Source: Cyanophora paradoxa CCMP329
Taxonomy: Eukaryota; Plantae; Glaucophyta
Reading direction: 5' to 3'
DNA length: 64,000 nucleotides
Assembly (NCBI GenBank): GCA_004431415.1
Contig: QPMI01000046.1
Coordinates: 62,001-126,000, forward strand
In this document: piece after piece, positions 45,261 through 57,600 of the stretch
Position numbering within the stretch: position 1 is the first letter of the stretch
How the letters are laid out: each line of letters begins with the position of its first letter
Notes under the pieces: generated by a model
Database searches by the model: none
What the model was told of the DNA's origin: nothing
The model's input: only the letters and a program-made list of their open reading frames with translations
Made by a program: the position numbers and the translations under genes

Positions 45261-48200
45261 ACGCGGAGGTGGACACGGAGTCCCGCGCCTCTCGCGCCCG
45301 CACTGCGCCCCGCGCCAAGACCGACTACGTGCCCACTGAGGAAGCCGAGATCGTCGAATTCGAAGCAGCTAGCTCTCTCTCACTGTTCTATGGTTTGTGC
45401 GCTCTAGCACCCCGCGCGACGTTCGCAGAGTCCTTCTGGCAACTAAGCATCATCTTCGACACCCGCGGAACGGTTTCGGGTCGCCGCTGACGTCGCCTTC
45501 GCTCCGAGCCGACGAACCCGCGAGGTCCGAGCCGATTCGCTGCGCCGTGCTCTCACAGGCTCTCCGCAGCATTTCACGGGGAGAACATACCTTCTCATAC
45601 ATTCGCGCACTGCGCCCTCGCCCGTCGCCTTCGCGCGGACCAGCTGCAGATCCTGTCAACGCAACCGCGACGTTTCGGTTTCCGGCGCCGGCGCGTATTC
45701 CGGCCTCACCCGTCGCCCTGATTCTTTCGGCAGTGCTTCGGAAGTCCTTACTGACGTTCTGAGTGCCATTAAGCTCGCCGGCGCGAGCCGTGTTCCTGAC
45801 CTGCTCATTCGCAAAATCCGTACCGGGATCTGTCCCGCGCAATACGTACCGGGATTTGTTCCGCGATTCTCATACCGGGATCAGTCCCGCGACGCTCCTG
45901 CGCAGACGCTTACGCTCATCCCATTCGCGCGCAAGCCTCGTACAGGGAACCGTCCCGCGCAACGCTTTCCCCTGCGCAGTTGCACGAATCTGACCCCCTA
46001 ACCACTCGCCCTCGTCCCGCCTGACTCCCTCACGGCCTCTTGCCGTCCCGCCCTGCGCCACGCCGCGCAGTCCGAGACGATTCGGTCTACCCTTTACGAC
46101 ATCTGGTGTCTTGTACCCCCTTCCGCGCCCAGCGCCCACCCCCCCTCGGCATTATCTGCCTTTCGCCCCCTGTCTGCCCCGCTCCACCAGAGCTCCTCCA
46201 GCTCCAGCTCGGGCTACACGAGCAGCTCCAGCAGCTCTTCGTCCTCCTCCTCAAGCCGCGGTGAGCGCGAGCGCCGCCGTAAACGACGGGATCGCAGAGA
46301 CAAGCGCCACGGCAAGAGGTCGAGCAAGAAGTCCCGCACCAGCCGCAGGGTCGCCGCCGCCCCGGGCGCCGCCGCCCCCGACGCCGCCGCCAACGCCGCC
46401 GCCAACGCCAACGTCCGTGCTGACGTCGACGCCAACGCCGACGCTGGCGCCCCACCCTCTTCTGCAAGGCCGGCTCCTCCCGTCCGCGACCGGCAACCTC
46501 ACCCAGCGGCGATCCCAGCCTACTTCAACGCCTCGCAGGACCCGCTGCCCTTTCCCGCGCTTCAGTACGCTTATGACGCTGACGGTCGCCTCGGGATTTT
46601 AGTTCCGCACGAAGAGAACGAAGGGGAGATCGGCGACCCCGTGCTGGCCTACGCAGCCGCGGCCTTCGGGATACCCCGCTCCGTCCTCCGTCCCGCGCCG
46701 ACGATGACATCCGCGCCATCAACCAGCGAGCTGGGCCGTTTGGCGTCGTTCTGGCAGCGGGGATGGACAATGTCTACGCCCAGTGCCTCGCGATCGACGT
46801 CATGACAGCCTGCAGCTGCAACGAGCGTCTCGAGGGCCTGGAGAACGACTTCAACGCCCTTCGAGCTGCCACCCCTCCCGCCCCCCTATTTGCTCCGCCG
46901 CCGCCTCTTTATAATTAGATCCGCCCGCTGAGCTAAGCCTGGTGCTTTCTAGCGCCCGGCCACTGCACGCCCACTCGCTCTAGTATCTTAAGAGGGCGTG
47001 TACAACAGCTGATCGACGACGATGCTGATCATGACCTTCGAATTCGCTCGCAGGCGAGCACGACGTCGCCCCCCAAGGCCAAGAAGCCCGTCCCCAAGAA
47101 GCCCAAGAAGTGAACGCGTCGTAGTCGGAGTCGGAGTCGGAGTCGGAGTTTTACCTTCGCACCTTTTCAATTTTACCTGCGCCTTCGCGCGCGTGCACTT
47201 TTCACCTTTTCACCTTTCATTTAACCTGTACAGCAGAGCTAGCAGAGCTGCTAGCGCTGTTTCAAGCAGATGTCACAGTATACAGTACCAGAGCAGTACT
47301 ATTTGGACAGTATCCTGATATCAACATGACATTATATATTATTGCAAGGGGGGAAAGAAGACCGAAGGTCTTCCCCCCTTGCTTCCCGTTCCCTCGCTTC
47401 AGCCAAAAGTTTTCTATGAGGCCGTTTTCGAGGTCCAGTTTGCAACGAAAATGTGCCGTTATTCGCGATCTGATTGGCTCGGTGGACCGGTCAGCTTTCG
47501 AGCTCGCGAGAGCTCTCTCGAACTCGCGAGAAGTGGTCTTCGAATTCCTTCCGATCCGCGGTTCTGCATGCCATGATGGAACCAGTTCTCCCTATATATA
47601 TAGCTAGCTGTCTCCTCTAGATTTCGGCTTCCTCGCAGTGCGTCGCGTACGCCTTGGGAACCAGTTCTCCCTAGCTGTCTCCTCTAGATTTCGGCTTCGT
47701 CGCAGAGCGTCGCGTACGCCTTGCTCTTCGTTGCGCGGTTCTGCATACAATCACAGTGCGTGTGTACTTCCTAGCTGTCTCCTCTAGATTTCCGCTTCGA
47801 ATTCCTTGCAGTGCGCCGCGTACGCCGCACGGTATCCGTGACGCCTGAACTACTTTTGACTGCATCAAGTTTGCACCGCAGCACTGCGTACCGAGCACGC
47901 GCCGCTGCGCGCAGCCGAGCACGCTGCCCGGCACTCGTGCTTGATAGAGCTTGCACCGCACTGCGGCAAAACCGCTTGCACCGCTGCCTATAGCTAGCTG
48001 CCGCAGTGCGCCGCTGATCGCAGCCGAGGACGCCAGGCCGTCCAGACTGTCATCTCTTGCTGCGCCGAATACGTCTGCGAAATCGAGTTTATACCGCAGT
48101 TTTGCGTGCGCCGCTGCCCGCAGCCGAGCACGTTGGCCGCGGCCCGGCCCGGCGCTTTTGTTGCGCTCGCGCGCGGTTGCCACTCCGCTGCACGGCTTCT

Positions 48201-49196
48201 CCGACTGGCGGCGGTGCTTGCTTCCGGCTACTAGGCTAGCAGCTTCGCGAGATTGCGCACTAGATGGGGCGGCGATCTAGATCTGCAGCCGCTTCTGTGC
48301 CCGGAGATGTCGTCCCTGGGCGAGATTTCCTGCCGTCGGACGCCCAATGCACGTTCTCATCGTCGTGCACTGGCGGAATTTGCTTACGTTGTCCGCCCGG
48401 AGTCCGTGAACACTTCTGCTATCGCAGAAGCTTGCTTCGTCATGTTCGGCAGCACAGTCGCAGCATCGCCACGCAGGGCACTTACAATTCAGCAGTGAGC
48501 ATGCGTGCGCAGTCTTCAGTTGGCGTGCAGCTGTCTGAAATTATATATATATATTGCATACACAGGTCGCCGCAGCTGAAGACCACAGAAGTCCTCCCAC
48601 AGGCTTATCGTCACATTTTCCTCTGGCGGTACCCTCTCGTTAATTGACATGCATATCCCGCCCGCATTGACGTGTACGCTCAGCCTGGAGCGTTTCAACT
48701 TCCTGAGAGGAACATTGGAGCAGAGCCGGCCCGTCAAATCAATCAGGTTTGCGATAGACTGATATATTCATTTCGAATAATGTTAATGACTTGTTCCTCC
48801 AGGCTTTGCCACCATCGTCGATCGCAGTGCGTGATGAAACTCAAGAGACTTAAAAAAGCTTATTCAAATTGCTGAAATGCTGTGCAGGAATTCTCAACCT
48901 CCTCGAAACGCGTGCGCTGCAATGGGAGATCAGCTGATCGTGTATCGTTTTCGGACGAAAACGATCTGAATCACGCGGACGAAAACGATCTGAATCACGC
49001 TGACTCAAGCCCCGAATTCCGCATTCCGAATTCTCAATCCCGAACTCATGGTCCCGATTTCCGCGAAAGCGAATGCGCATCCCGCGAAACTGAGCCATCC
49101 GTGAGCCGGGAAGTGCAACGGCTCGGTTTCCAACATCCCGGGCCGCATTGGAGAGCGGTGCGCCGTTTGGCACCTGGTCCTTAATGCTATCCCTCA

Positions 49197-49496
49197 GTGC
49201 GTTCGCATCAGATGTCGTGCAGCACCTGCAAACGGCTTTTCACAGACAAGTTCTCGTTCGACCGGCACATCGAGCGTGCGAAGTGCTCGCCGCAGGCTGT
49301 ACCTTCCGACATGTCTATTGCGGCAACGGCAGCGGTCGGCCAGTACCCGTGCAGGCAGTGCTCTATTATCTGTCCGTCGGCTCCTTCTCTTCGCCAGCAC
49401 GAGGCTGCACACGCCCGAGGTAATTTTTGTGATGTTTTCCTGAACCAGATCGATGTAGTGACGTTGCCCGCAATGCAGAGGCTGCGGAGGACGTAG
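49197..49496 (+). pseudogene. C2H2 zinc-finger exon inside the Helentron-like element
   Basis: CSTCKRLFTDKFSFDRH and YPCRQCSIICPSAPSLRQHEAAH. Confidence 0.7.
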
Positions 49497-49919
49497 TCGA
49501 GTCAGAATGCAGCAGCAGTTCGTCCGAGGAATTCGAAGAAGCCGACCCGGCGTTAGGCCGCCGGAAGCGAACGGCCAGACGGGCCACGCATAGCTGCGAT
49601 CATGAGGGCTGCGGCTGGAGCGGCGCTTCTGCATCCTCTCTGCGGAAGCACAAAGAGAAGAAGCACCCTCCAGGTGGATTCTATTTTCGTGGACATGTGG
49701 ATTCGGGATTCCCTCGCTAAATTGTCGATATCGCCGGTCAGATATCGCTCCTTGGGACGCACTGCCAGCTCTTACTACGACGTGGATGAAGACGTGGCCG
49801 CGAAACAGCACGTTTTGGACGTGCGCCTGCTGCGCGGAGTATCGGCCTGCCGCGGACTTCCCCAAATGCCCCTTCTTCCCTGCCTCGCTTGAGATCTTTA
49901 CTCCCCTCTGGGTGTACAA

Positions 49920-50987
49920 GTGAGCACTCCGAACCTATTCTACATTTCCATTGCGCAGCACTTATCTGGGTGCAGGGAGGATATCGAGGCGCCCCCACCG
50001 TGGCAGAAACAGCTTGGCGTCGAAAAACGCGAGGGCTCTCTGCTGCTGCCGCCGGCCTTTGAGCGCGTCACCGGAGCGGAAAGCCGGCCGGGCCTGCAGC
50101 AAATGCTAGCCGTACTCAAAGTCGAAGGCGACTCGGGCACCTTCGTCGAGTCGTGCCCTGGCAGGATGTGCAGCTGCAAGGTCGCCTGCAAATCGAACAT
50201 TCCGCACTTTAATTTCGTCTTTGCCAGCGCTGCATCCCCACCCTCAAATCGGGCGACACGCCTCGGAGGGTGCACGTGCGCCCGTCACCGTGACTCTGAA
50301 AGTGCGGCCCTGGCTCATTCGTCGCGCTCTCTTCTGGCTGAAAAAGGTTTGCGGCCCATTGTAATATTCTCTTTCATGATCAGGTGTTTGCAACAGCGGG
50401 TGAGACCTTGTGCGCGCGCTTCGCAGAACAATATTCTGTATAAAAACATCGACATCAGCGAGGAGAATTTGGCCACATACAATCGGAACGTCATGGTTGT
50501 CCCGCAGGCAGGCGACGTTGTGCATACAGCGGACGGGCCCGTCAATTCCTCCGAAATAATTGAGTCTGCGAAGCATTTGCCGCTCGACGAGGATCCCGAA
50601 GATGCAAAGACGGGTGCGCAAAGATTCAAAAAAGTGGACCGCCCTTACCTGACCTCTGTTCATGATTGCCACGGCAGGCCTGCAATCGAGGACCTCCACA
50701 TGGGAGTCCTCACGCGCATCCGAGACGCCGGCCTCGCGGATATCGAACTTCAAGACCTTGTCTACCAGATGCGCGGCGGGAGCGAGCAGCGCGCCAGCCG
50801 CGCGGCTCTGCAGGCGCTCGAGGCGGCGGGCCGCCTCACCATGCTCTCGCAGCAGGGCCCTCTTCAGGACCGGCGCCGCTGGCTGCCGCTCACCCGCACG
50901 GCCGACTTCCGCCCCGACCCCCTCCAGAAGGCCTGGATCGCCTACGTTTACGGCGAGCCCTCTGCAGACAGCACCATCATCTTTTAG
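49920..50987 (+). pseudogene. Remnant of the Helitron-type protein N-terminal region (DUF6570-like); Rep and helicase cores absent
   Basis: NNILYKNIDISEENL resembles the NNxLYxDIxI motif found upstream of Rep in Helitron-type proteins; no HUH or PIF1 motifs seen. Confidence 0.5.
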
Positions 50988-51342
50988 CCAGCTGTTCAGG
51001 GTTAGCGGTAGTCCGTGCGAACACAGTTCATGCGCAGCGTTTTTCCGCTCCAGAACAATCTTTCTTATACAGTGCGCTGAATTTGGCCTTTCGTTGAGCC
51101 TTTTCTTTATTCGGTTTGATCTCAGCGCCTGATTGGGTCTTTTCTACATCTGCTTATCGGGCCTTTTCTATTTTTTCAATCATAATCTGTGTTTATCTTT
51201 ACACTTCAACCTGCCGCGCGCACTGGGCCGGGGTCGATCTACATTTGCCCCGTGCATGTTCGTGCCACTACGACTCTTTCATTAGATCCCGGTTCCCCCC
51301 TTGCACCCCCGGCGCGCCAAAACGCGGCCGGGCCCCTAGTAT

Positions 51343-51508
51343 ATGACATTATCCTGGCATCTTTCTGACATTTTGGGATAATGTCGAGATAATGTCCAGA
51401 TAATGGAAGTTGCAAACATTTTAATGTCAGGATTATGTCAGGGCTGACAATAGTTATAGTGTCAGAATGATGCCCGGATAATGTCAGTTCTACCCCATTC
51501 TACTAGTG
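51343..51508 (+). mobile_element. CACTA/EnSpm-like right end with subterminal GATAATGTC/GACATTATC repeats
   Basis: Ends TTCTACTAGTG (reverse complement CACTAGTAGAA), with several subterminal motif copies in both orientations; no partner left end found. Confidence 0.5.
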
Positions 51509-52612
51509 CCCGGGGCGCTCCGCCGGTTCTTCTCCTGCGCGGCGGCGCTGAAGCGGAGCTCGCCGTAGGCGCGGCCCGGGCGGAGGAGGCCGATCGGGCC
51601 AGGCCGCGAAGAGCGAAGCCTCGCACCCCCGTCCCCGGCCGGCCCCGCCAGCGCCTCACGGCGCTGCGCGGGCATCGCAGGCGGAGGCCGGGCGCCTGCG
51701 GGGCGCGGCGGCGGCGGCGGCGCCGAGCTCGAGGCCGCAGCGCGGAGGAGGGCCGGGGCCAATGTCGCCCCGGCCGCCTTGACAGCCGCCGCCGCCTCCT
51801 CCGCGGCCGGCGCCGCCGCGCGCCCCGCTCGGCTCGGCAGCGGAGGCCCGGCGGCCTGTGCCGGCGGTGCTGGGGCGGCCGCCGGGCCGCCGGCCGCGAG
51901 GGCCCCCGGTACCGGTCGATGCCCGGCGCGGCATCCAAGAGACCCAAAGGGCGGGAGTCGGGGGGCGGGAGTCGGGGCGAGGGGGATGCCCTAGCCTCCG
52001 GCCGCCGGGGCTGCCCCCGGGCCCCCTGGCCGCCGGGCCTGCGCCCAGAGACCTGGCAGGCTGATGAGAAGGTCATCTTTGATCCAAGCGCTTCAGGCCC
52101 ATACAAACGGCCGCCGCGGTGTGCACCATCGGATTCGCCGCTCTCTCAAAGGGCGGGCAAAGTCCAACGGAGTCCTGAGCTCGAGGCGAAGGTCCGGTCC
52201 GGAGGGGCAGGGGGGTACGGGTATCTTGGACGCACCCCCACGACGTGCCGCACACCGTTCGATCGGGGATGACAAGGAGATTGCAGATCGGGGTGCCGGC
52301 GCCTCGAGCTCTGAGGGGGGCCGGGAAGAATCAACTTTCGGCCGACCACGTAGGCTTATAAAGGGCTTCAATACGAGTCAAATGAGCATAATCTCCGGCC
52401 CTGCGGAGCTCGAGGGGCGAAACGCAGGCCAGTAGCGACAGGCCTAGGGAAGGCAGACGATGGGGCTGAATATTATTAATCAAGCTTAAGCGGGAGAGGC
52501 AAAATTAGAAAATTAGCGGGAGAGGCAAGAGAAGGGTACACACGAGGAACGTTAACGTCACCATACACAAAATACTCGTTGCCAAAAACTATATATATAT
52601 ATATATATACGA

Positions 52613-54170
52613 TCTGACGGTCATTATTGCAAGGGGGGAAAGAAGACCGAAGGTCTTCCCCCCTTGCTTCCCGTTCCCTCGCTTCAGCCAAAAGTTTTCT
52701 ATGAGGCCGTTTGCGAGGTCCAGTATGCAACACGTGCACCAGAAAAAAATGGTGCTTTATTCGCGTTCCGATTGGCTGGGTGAACCGGTCAGCCCTCGAC
52801 TTTGGAGCGTCAAACTCGAGGGGAAAAAGTGGTTTTCGAGGGGAAAACCAGCTTCTGTCTCACGTGCACTCCTCTAGGCTCTAGCTACTGTATAGATCTG
52901 GGCTCTCCGGGCTTCTCCCTCGCGCGGCGCGGCGCTGCATCATAGCAACCAATTTTCCTTAGCTGTCTCCTCTAGTGTTAAAAATTCCCCTTCCTCGCAC
53001 TGCGCCGCGTACGCCGCACGGTCCGCTTGCGCTGTTGCCTAGCTACGTATCGGCCTTGGGGAAAGGAGAGGCCCTTAGGTCTGTGCCTATCTTGTGTCAA
53101 ACTTCAACTTGATTTTATAGACAAAATTTTTGGACCTAGGTACCCATTTTCGACCCTAGGGAGCACGATGGCGGCGCTACTTTTCAAATGTGACACCTCT
53201 AACAAGCACTAACAGCACGTACGAACGAAATTGTTCGCGTGAAGCCCGATCGCCATTGGCCAAAAAGCTCAATCGCCCCATTCACGGACAAGCGCAAATA
53301 TCATTGGCTTCCAGCTTGCTTCCCCTTCGCCGATGGAAATTGCAAAAAGCCTCTGTACCCGGCTGGTAGGCTGGAGTCACCGCGGCCGTGCACGTGACCG
53401 AGCCGCGCGCGTCACGCGTCGCTTCGCTCAGCTCAGAGTCACTGCAGCTGATATCGATATACGCGTACGATCGACTCGGTACGAGACCGCCACGCGCGCG
53501 GCGCGCGCGGCGTGGCGCAGTGGCGCACCGTGGCGCCGGCACGAATCGCTGGCGCTAGCTAGACCAAGCTACTAGGCTAGAAGCTACTAGGCTACTAGGC
53601 GGCGTACAGCCGCGTACTACGGTAGTCCTCTCCGGGCTCAACAGCTGCAGCAGTAAATATATATACTAGTAATAACCGCGCGCGGTTGCGGGCCCCCGTA
53701 CGCGTTCTAAAAACAAAGAGCGGCCACCCTCACGCCTTGAGTCCCCAAGACCCAAGGCCACTCCTGCTCCGCAGGGACTCGCTTGTATATATACGCCGCT
53801 GATCGCAGCCGAGCACTGCGGCACGCCCGGTCAGCACGCGGCCGACATCGAGCTGATACGTATATACCGCAGAACCGCGTGCGCGTGCCCGCAGCCGAGT
53901 ACGCCGGCCGGGCCGGGCGCGCGCGCAGTCGTGCTGCGCGTGGATGCGCAGCCAAGATTGAGTTTGCACCGCAAAACCGCTTGCGCCGCTGCCAAGCTGC
54001 GCCGCTGATCACAGCCGAGCTTGGCCGGCTGCCGGGGCGTGCAGACCGCTGGGCCGGGGTCGATCTAGATCTGCCCCGTGCATGTTCGTCCCACTACGAC
54101 TCTTTCATTAGATCCCGGTTCGAATTCCCCCCTTGCACCCCCGGCGCGCCAAACGCGGCCGGGCCACTAG
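52613..54170 (+). mobile_element. Second, shorter non-autonomous Helentron-like element of the same family
   Basis: Subterminal inverted repeats at 52628-52640 and 54125-54137; about 110 bp of 5' and 120 bp of 3' similarity to 47335-51339; ends hairpin plus CTAG|T; possible A|TC 5' end at 52613. Confidence 0.75.
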
Positions 54171-54696
54171 TACTATGATACGGCAATTTAAAACATCGGC
54201 TAAAATTAAAATGCAATCCTACAGTTCTGGGCCAGTTAACATTAACGTTGGGGGCCTAGTTCGAACCCACTGCCAGGCTGGGCCGAGGGGCCGGGCCAGA
54301 TCTAGACCCGGCGGCCGCCGGGGGGCCCGAGCCTCATGATCATACGCGGGGCCGAGGTGTCTGGCACAGCCTGGCCCAGTGGCAGTGGGCGATCTGATCA
54401 TCATCATGACATCATGATCACCGTGGCATCTGGCATGCATATGGCTCCCCCGGGCCGTGCACGTAGCCCCGCGGGACCGGGGGCCTCGGGCCTGGCCCTC
54501 TAGATCTGGCCCAGTACTAGTGGGCCCGAGTTTGGCCGTGGCACATCCACCGCGGCGCTTATCGAACAGCCAACATTAATATTTGAATCCACACATATGC
54601 ATCACCAACAAGCTCTCTAAATTTTAGACTCCGAAGTCTGGAGTCTGGCTGGACTCTGGACTCTGGATGCCGGAGCCCCAGATCGGGAGGCTACGG

Positions 54697-57600
54697 CTAG
54701 CGGCTGCGGAAGAACTGGGGCACAGCGGTGCCGGTGGAGGTGCGGTGCGCGCCCTGCGGGCCGGCCGAGTGGCTGCCCCGCGCAGCCTGCTCCTTAAGCC
54801 ACTTGCGCAGCTCCTCGAAGACCCCCTCGTACGGCGGGTAGTACACGTATCTGCCGCCCGCGCGCGTCAGCGGGGGTGGCAGGGGGCCGGCGGGGGGCGC
54901 GGCACGGCATTACCCGCGGTCAGGGATGACGGAGGGATCGATGTACGGGGCCGGGCCCCGGTTCGAGTAGTCCGGGCTCTGAGACTGCCCGTACCCCTGC
55001 TGCTGCTGCTGCTGGGCGTACGATTCGTACCCCGGCTGCTGCTGCTGCTGCTGCCGGCCGTAGGATTCGTACCCCTGCTGCTGGCCGTACGAATCGCCGT
55101 ACCCCTGCGCCTGCTGCTGCTGCTGCTGCTGCTGGCCGTAGCCGGCGTCGCTCTCGACGTAGCGGCTGGTGGCGGTGTCGGGGTCGAAGTAGTACCACTT
55201 GCCCACCGCGGCGTCCCAGTGGTACGCCCGCCCGTCGTTCGGCGGCGGCGGCGGCTGCTGCTGCGCCGCCGGCTGCGGCGGCTGCGGCGGCTGCGGCGCC
55301 GACCGCATCGCCGGCGCCCCGGGCGGCGCCGAGCGCATCTGGGGCGCCCCGGGGCGGGGCGCGCGGGGCGCCGGGCGGGGAGCGCGGGCGCCCATGGGGC
55401 CATCGGAGCCGGGGCAGCGTAGGCCGAGGCCGGCGGGGCGGCGAGGACCTCCCAGCGGACGCGGATGTGCGACTGGCGCCTCTGCAGCTCCTGCATCGAC
55501 ACCTGCGGGCCGGGAGGGTCGGGCTCCCGCCCCACGCCCCGGAGCGGGCGGGCGGGCGGGCGGGGGCACCTCGCCGGTGTCGCTGGTGCTGAGGGGGTGG
55601 ACGGCCTCGAGGGCCGGGGGCGCCCCGGGCCCCGCGCGCGCCTCGGAGAGCGGCAGCGCCGCCTCCCCCAGGTAGTCCTTCCCGATCAGGTCCTTGTCGA
55701 AGACCTGCGCGCGGCGCGGCGGGGCAGGGCGGGGCGCGGCGAGGTGAGCGCGGGGCGGGGCAAGGCAGGGCGGAGGAGCGGGGCGGGCCTTGACGAGGAC
55801 GACGTCCGAGGGGTCGTGGCCGCCCCGTGCCACTGCGCGGAGGGTGTGTGTGGGGGCGCCGGGGCGGCGCTCGGGGCGGGCGGGGCCGGACCCTGGAACT
55901 CGACGCGGTAGTTCCAGACGGGGTCCAGGCTGTTCGAGACCGCCGGGCTCGTCCCCACCTCCCTCCCGTTGTACGTCACCTGCCCCCGCGGTCAGCGCGG
56001 GGCGGGAGGCGGGGTCCGGGGCCCGGGGCGCGCGCGGGCGCGGTCGCTCGCCTGGACGAAGGGGTCGCTCTTGCCGTTGAGGTCGCGCGGGACGAGCCCG
56101 TGGCCCGAGAGGATCGTCAGCGCCACCGTCTCTCCGGCGCCCACCAGCCGCCCCGGCGCCTCCGCCGCCGGCGGCGGCGGCGGCTTCCACTGCGGCAGCC
56201 GCTGCGGCTGCGCCGGCGGCGGCGGCGGAGGCTGGTACCGCGGCTGCGGCGGCGGCGCCGGCGGCGACGGCTGCTGGTAGGCCGGCGGCGGCGGCGGCGG
56301 CGCCTGGCGCTGCTGGTAGGCGGGCGCCGGGGAGGGCTGCTGATAGGCCGGCGGCGGCGCGGGGGCCGGGTGCGGGGAGCGCGTCATGGACGGGGGCGGG
56401 CCGCCGAGGCGGGGGAGGGTGGTCCCGTACGGGGGCGGCGGCGGGGGCGGGCCCGGCGGCCGCAGGTGGTACGGGGGCGGCTGCGGCGTGGGGCCGGGGC
56501 CGTAGGCGCCGCCGTAGGGGTCCGGGCCCGGCGGGGGCGGCGGGCCGCCCTCCCACGTCTGCCGGAAGCCGCCGGCGGGAGGCGGCGAGAGCGCGCGGGC
56601 GGCCGGCGGCGGCGCCGCGAAGGAGCTGATGTTGACCGGCATCGCCCGGTGCTGCTGGGGCGGCGGCGGCGGCGTCTGCTGCGGCTGCTGGTAGTACGCG
56701 TCGGCGTACCCCTGCTGCTGCTGGCCGTAGTAGTCGTAGCCCTGCTGGTCGTAGTACTGCGGCTGCGGCTGCGGCGGCGGAGCGGCGCTGGCGGCGTCGG
56801 GGCCGCGTAGGCGGAGCGCTGGCGCGGCGGCGGCGGCTGGTACTGGACGGGCGGCGGCGGCGGCGGCGCGCGCGGCGGCGAGGCCCGCGGCGGGAGCGGC
56901 GCCGGCGCCGCAGGCGGCGGCTGCCCGTACGCATCGTCGCCGTAGTAGGATCCGGGCCCGAGCTGCGGCTACGCGCGCCCCGCCCGCCGCGGCGCGCGCG
57001 GTAGCGGTCGCGCTGCGGGCGCCGCAGCGTCAGCGGGGGCAGCGGAGGAAGGGGCCCCGGGGGGCGGGGCGGGGCGGGGCGGGGCGGGGCGCGCCTCCTC
57101 GTCGCTGTACTCGTCCGAGAAGACATCTTCGGTGTAGTCGTCGGGGATGCGGCCCCGCGAGCGCGGCCGCAGCCGCCCCGCGCTCCGCCGCCCCTCCTGC
57201 CGCCCCGCCCCGCTCAGCCAGACCGGGGCGCGGGGGGGGGGGGGGGGGGGAGGGGGTACCTGGAGCTCGGCGAGGCGGAGCTCGAGGCGGATGACGTGCT
57301 CGAGGAGGGCGCGCTCGAAGGTCGAGCCGGGGCCCCCGCGCCGTGCACGTTCACGTTGATCCCTCCGCCACCTGCCCGCCCCGCTCGCCCGCCCGCACGC
57401 CCGCCCGCACGCGCGCGCGCGCGCGCTCTCGCGCACCTCGCGGCGGCTGCGCGTGTCGAAGTCGCGGTCGCGGTCGCCGTAGCGGGAGCCCGTCTCCTCG
57501 TCCCCGCGCAGCGAGCGCCGGCTGCTCGCGCCCGCAGTGCCGGCGAGCGCGAGCGCGGCGGCGACCCCGCGTCCCGCAGCCGCCGGTCCGCCAGCGCCGA

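Larger units (their letters stand above)
47335..51339 (+). mobile_element. Internally deleted Helentron/proto-Helentron-like rolling-circle element
   Basis: 13-bp subterminal inverted repeats TGCAAGGGGGGAA (47343-47355) and TTCCCCCCTTGCA (51293-51305), a 5' hairpin (47344-47382), and a 3' GC hairpin followed by CTAG|T. Both ends are shared with 52613-54170. Confidence 0.75.

Noticed and set aside
44270-46920. Coding-like stretches at 44300-44740 and 45270-46920
   Set aside because: Frames are broken and no family is recognisable; probably decayed element genes, but not supportable as features.
51509-52450. Overlapping Arg/Pro/Gly-rich ORFs
   Set aside because: Low-complexity GC-rich frames on both strands with no motif support.
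41736-52609. (TA)n tracts at ~41736 and ~52590, (GTCGGA)n at ~47124, 24-bp duplication at ~48952
   Set aside because: Ordinary simple repeats.
53052-53759. Possible MITE bounded by GGCCTTGGG / CCCAAGGCC
   Set aside because: Only a 9-bp inverted match and no target duplication.
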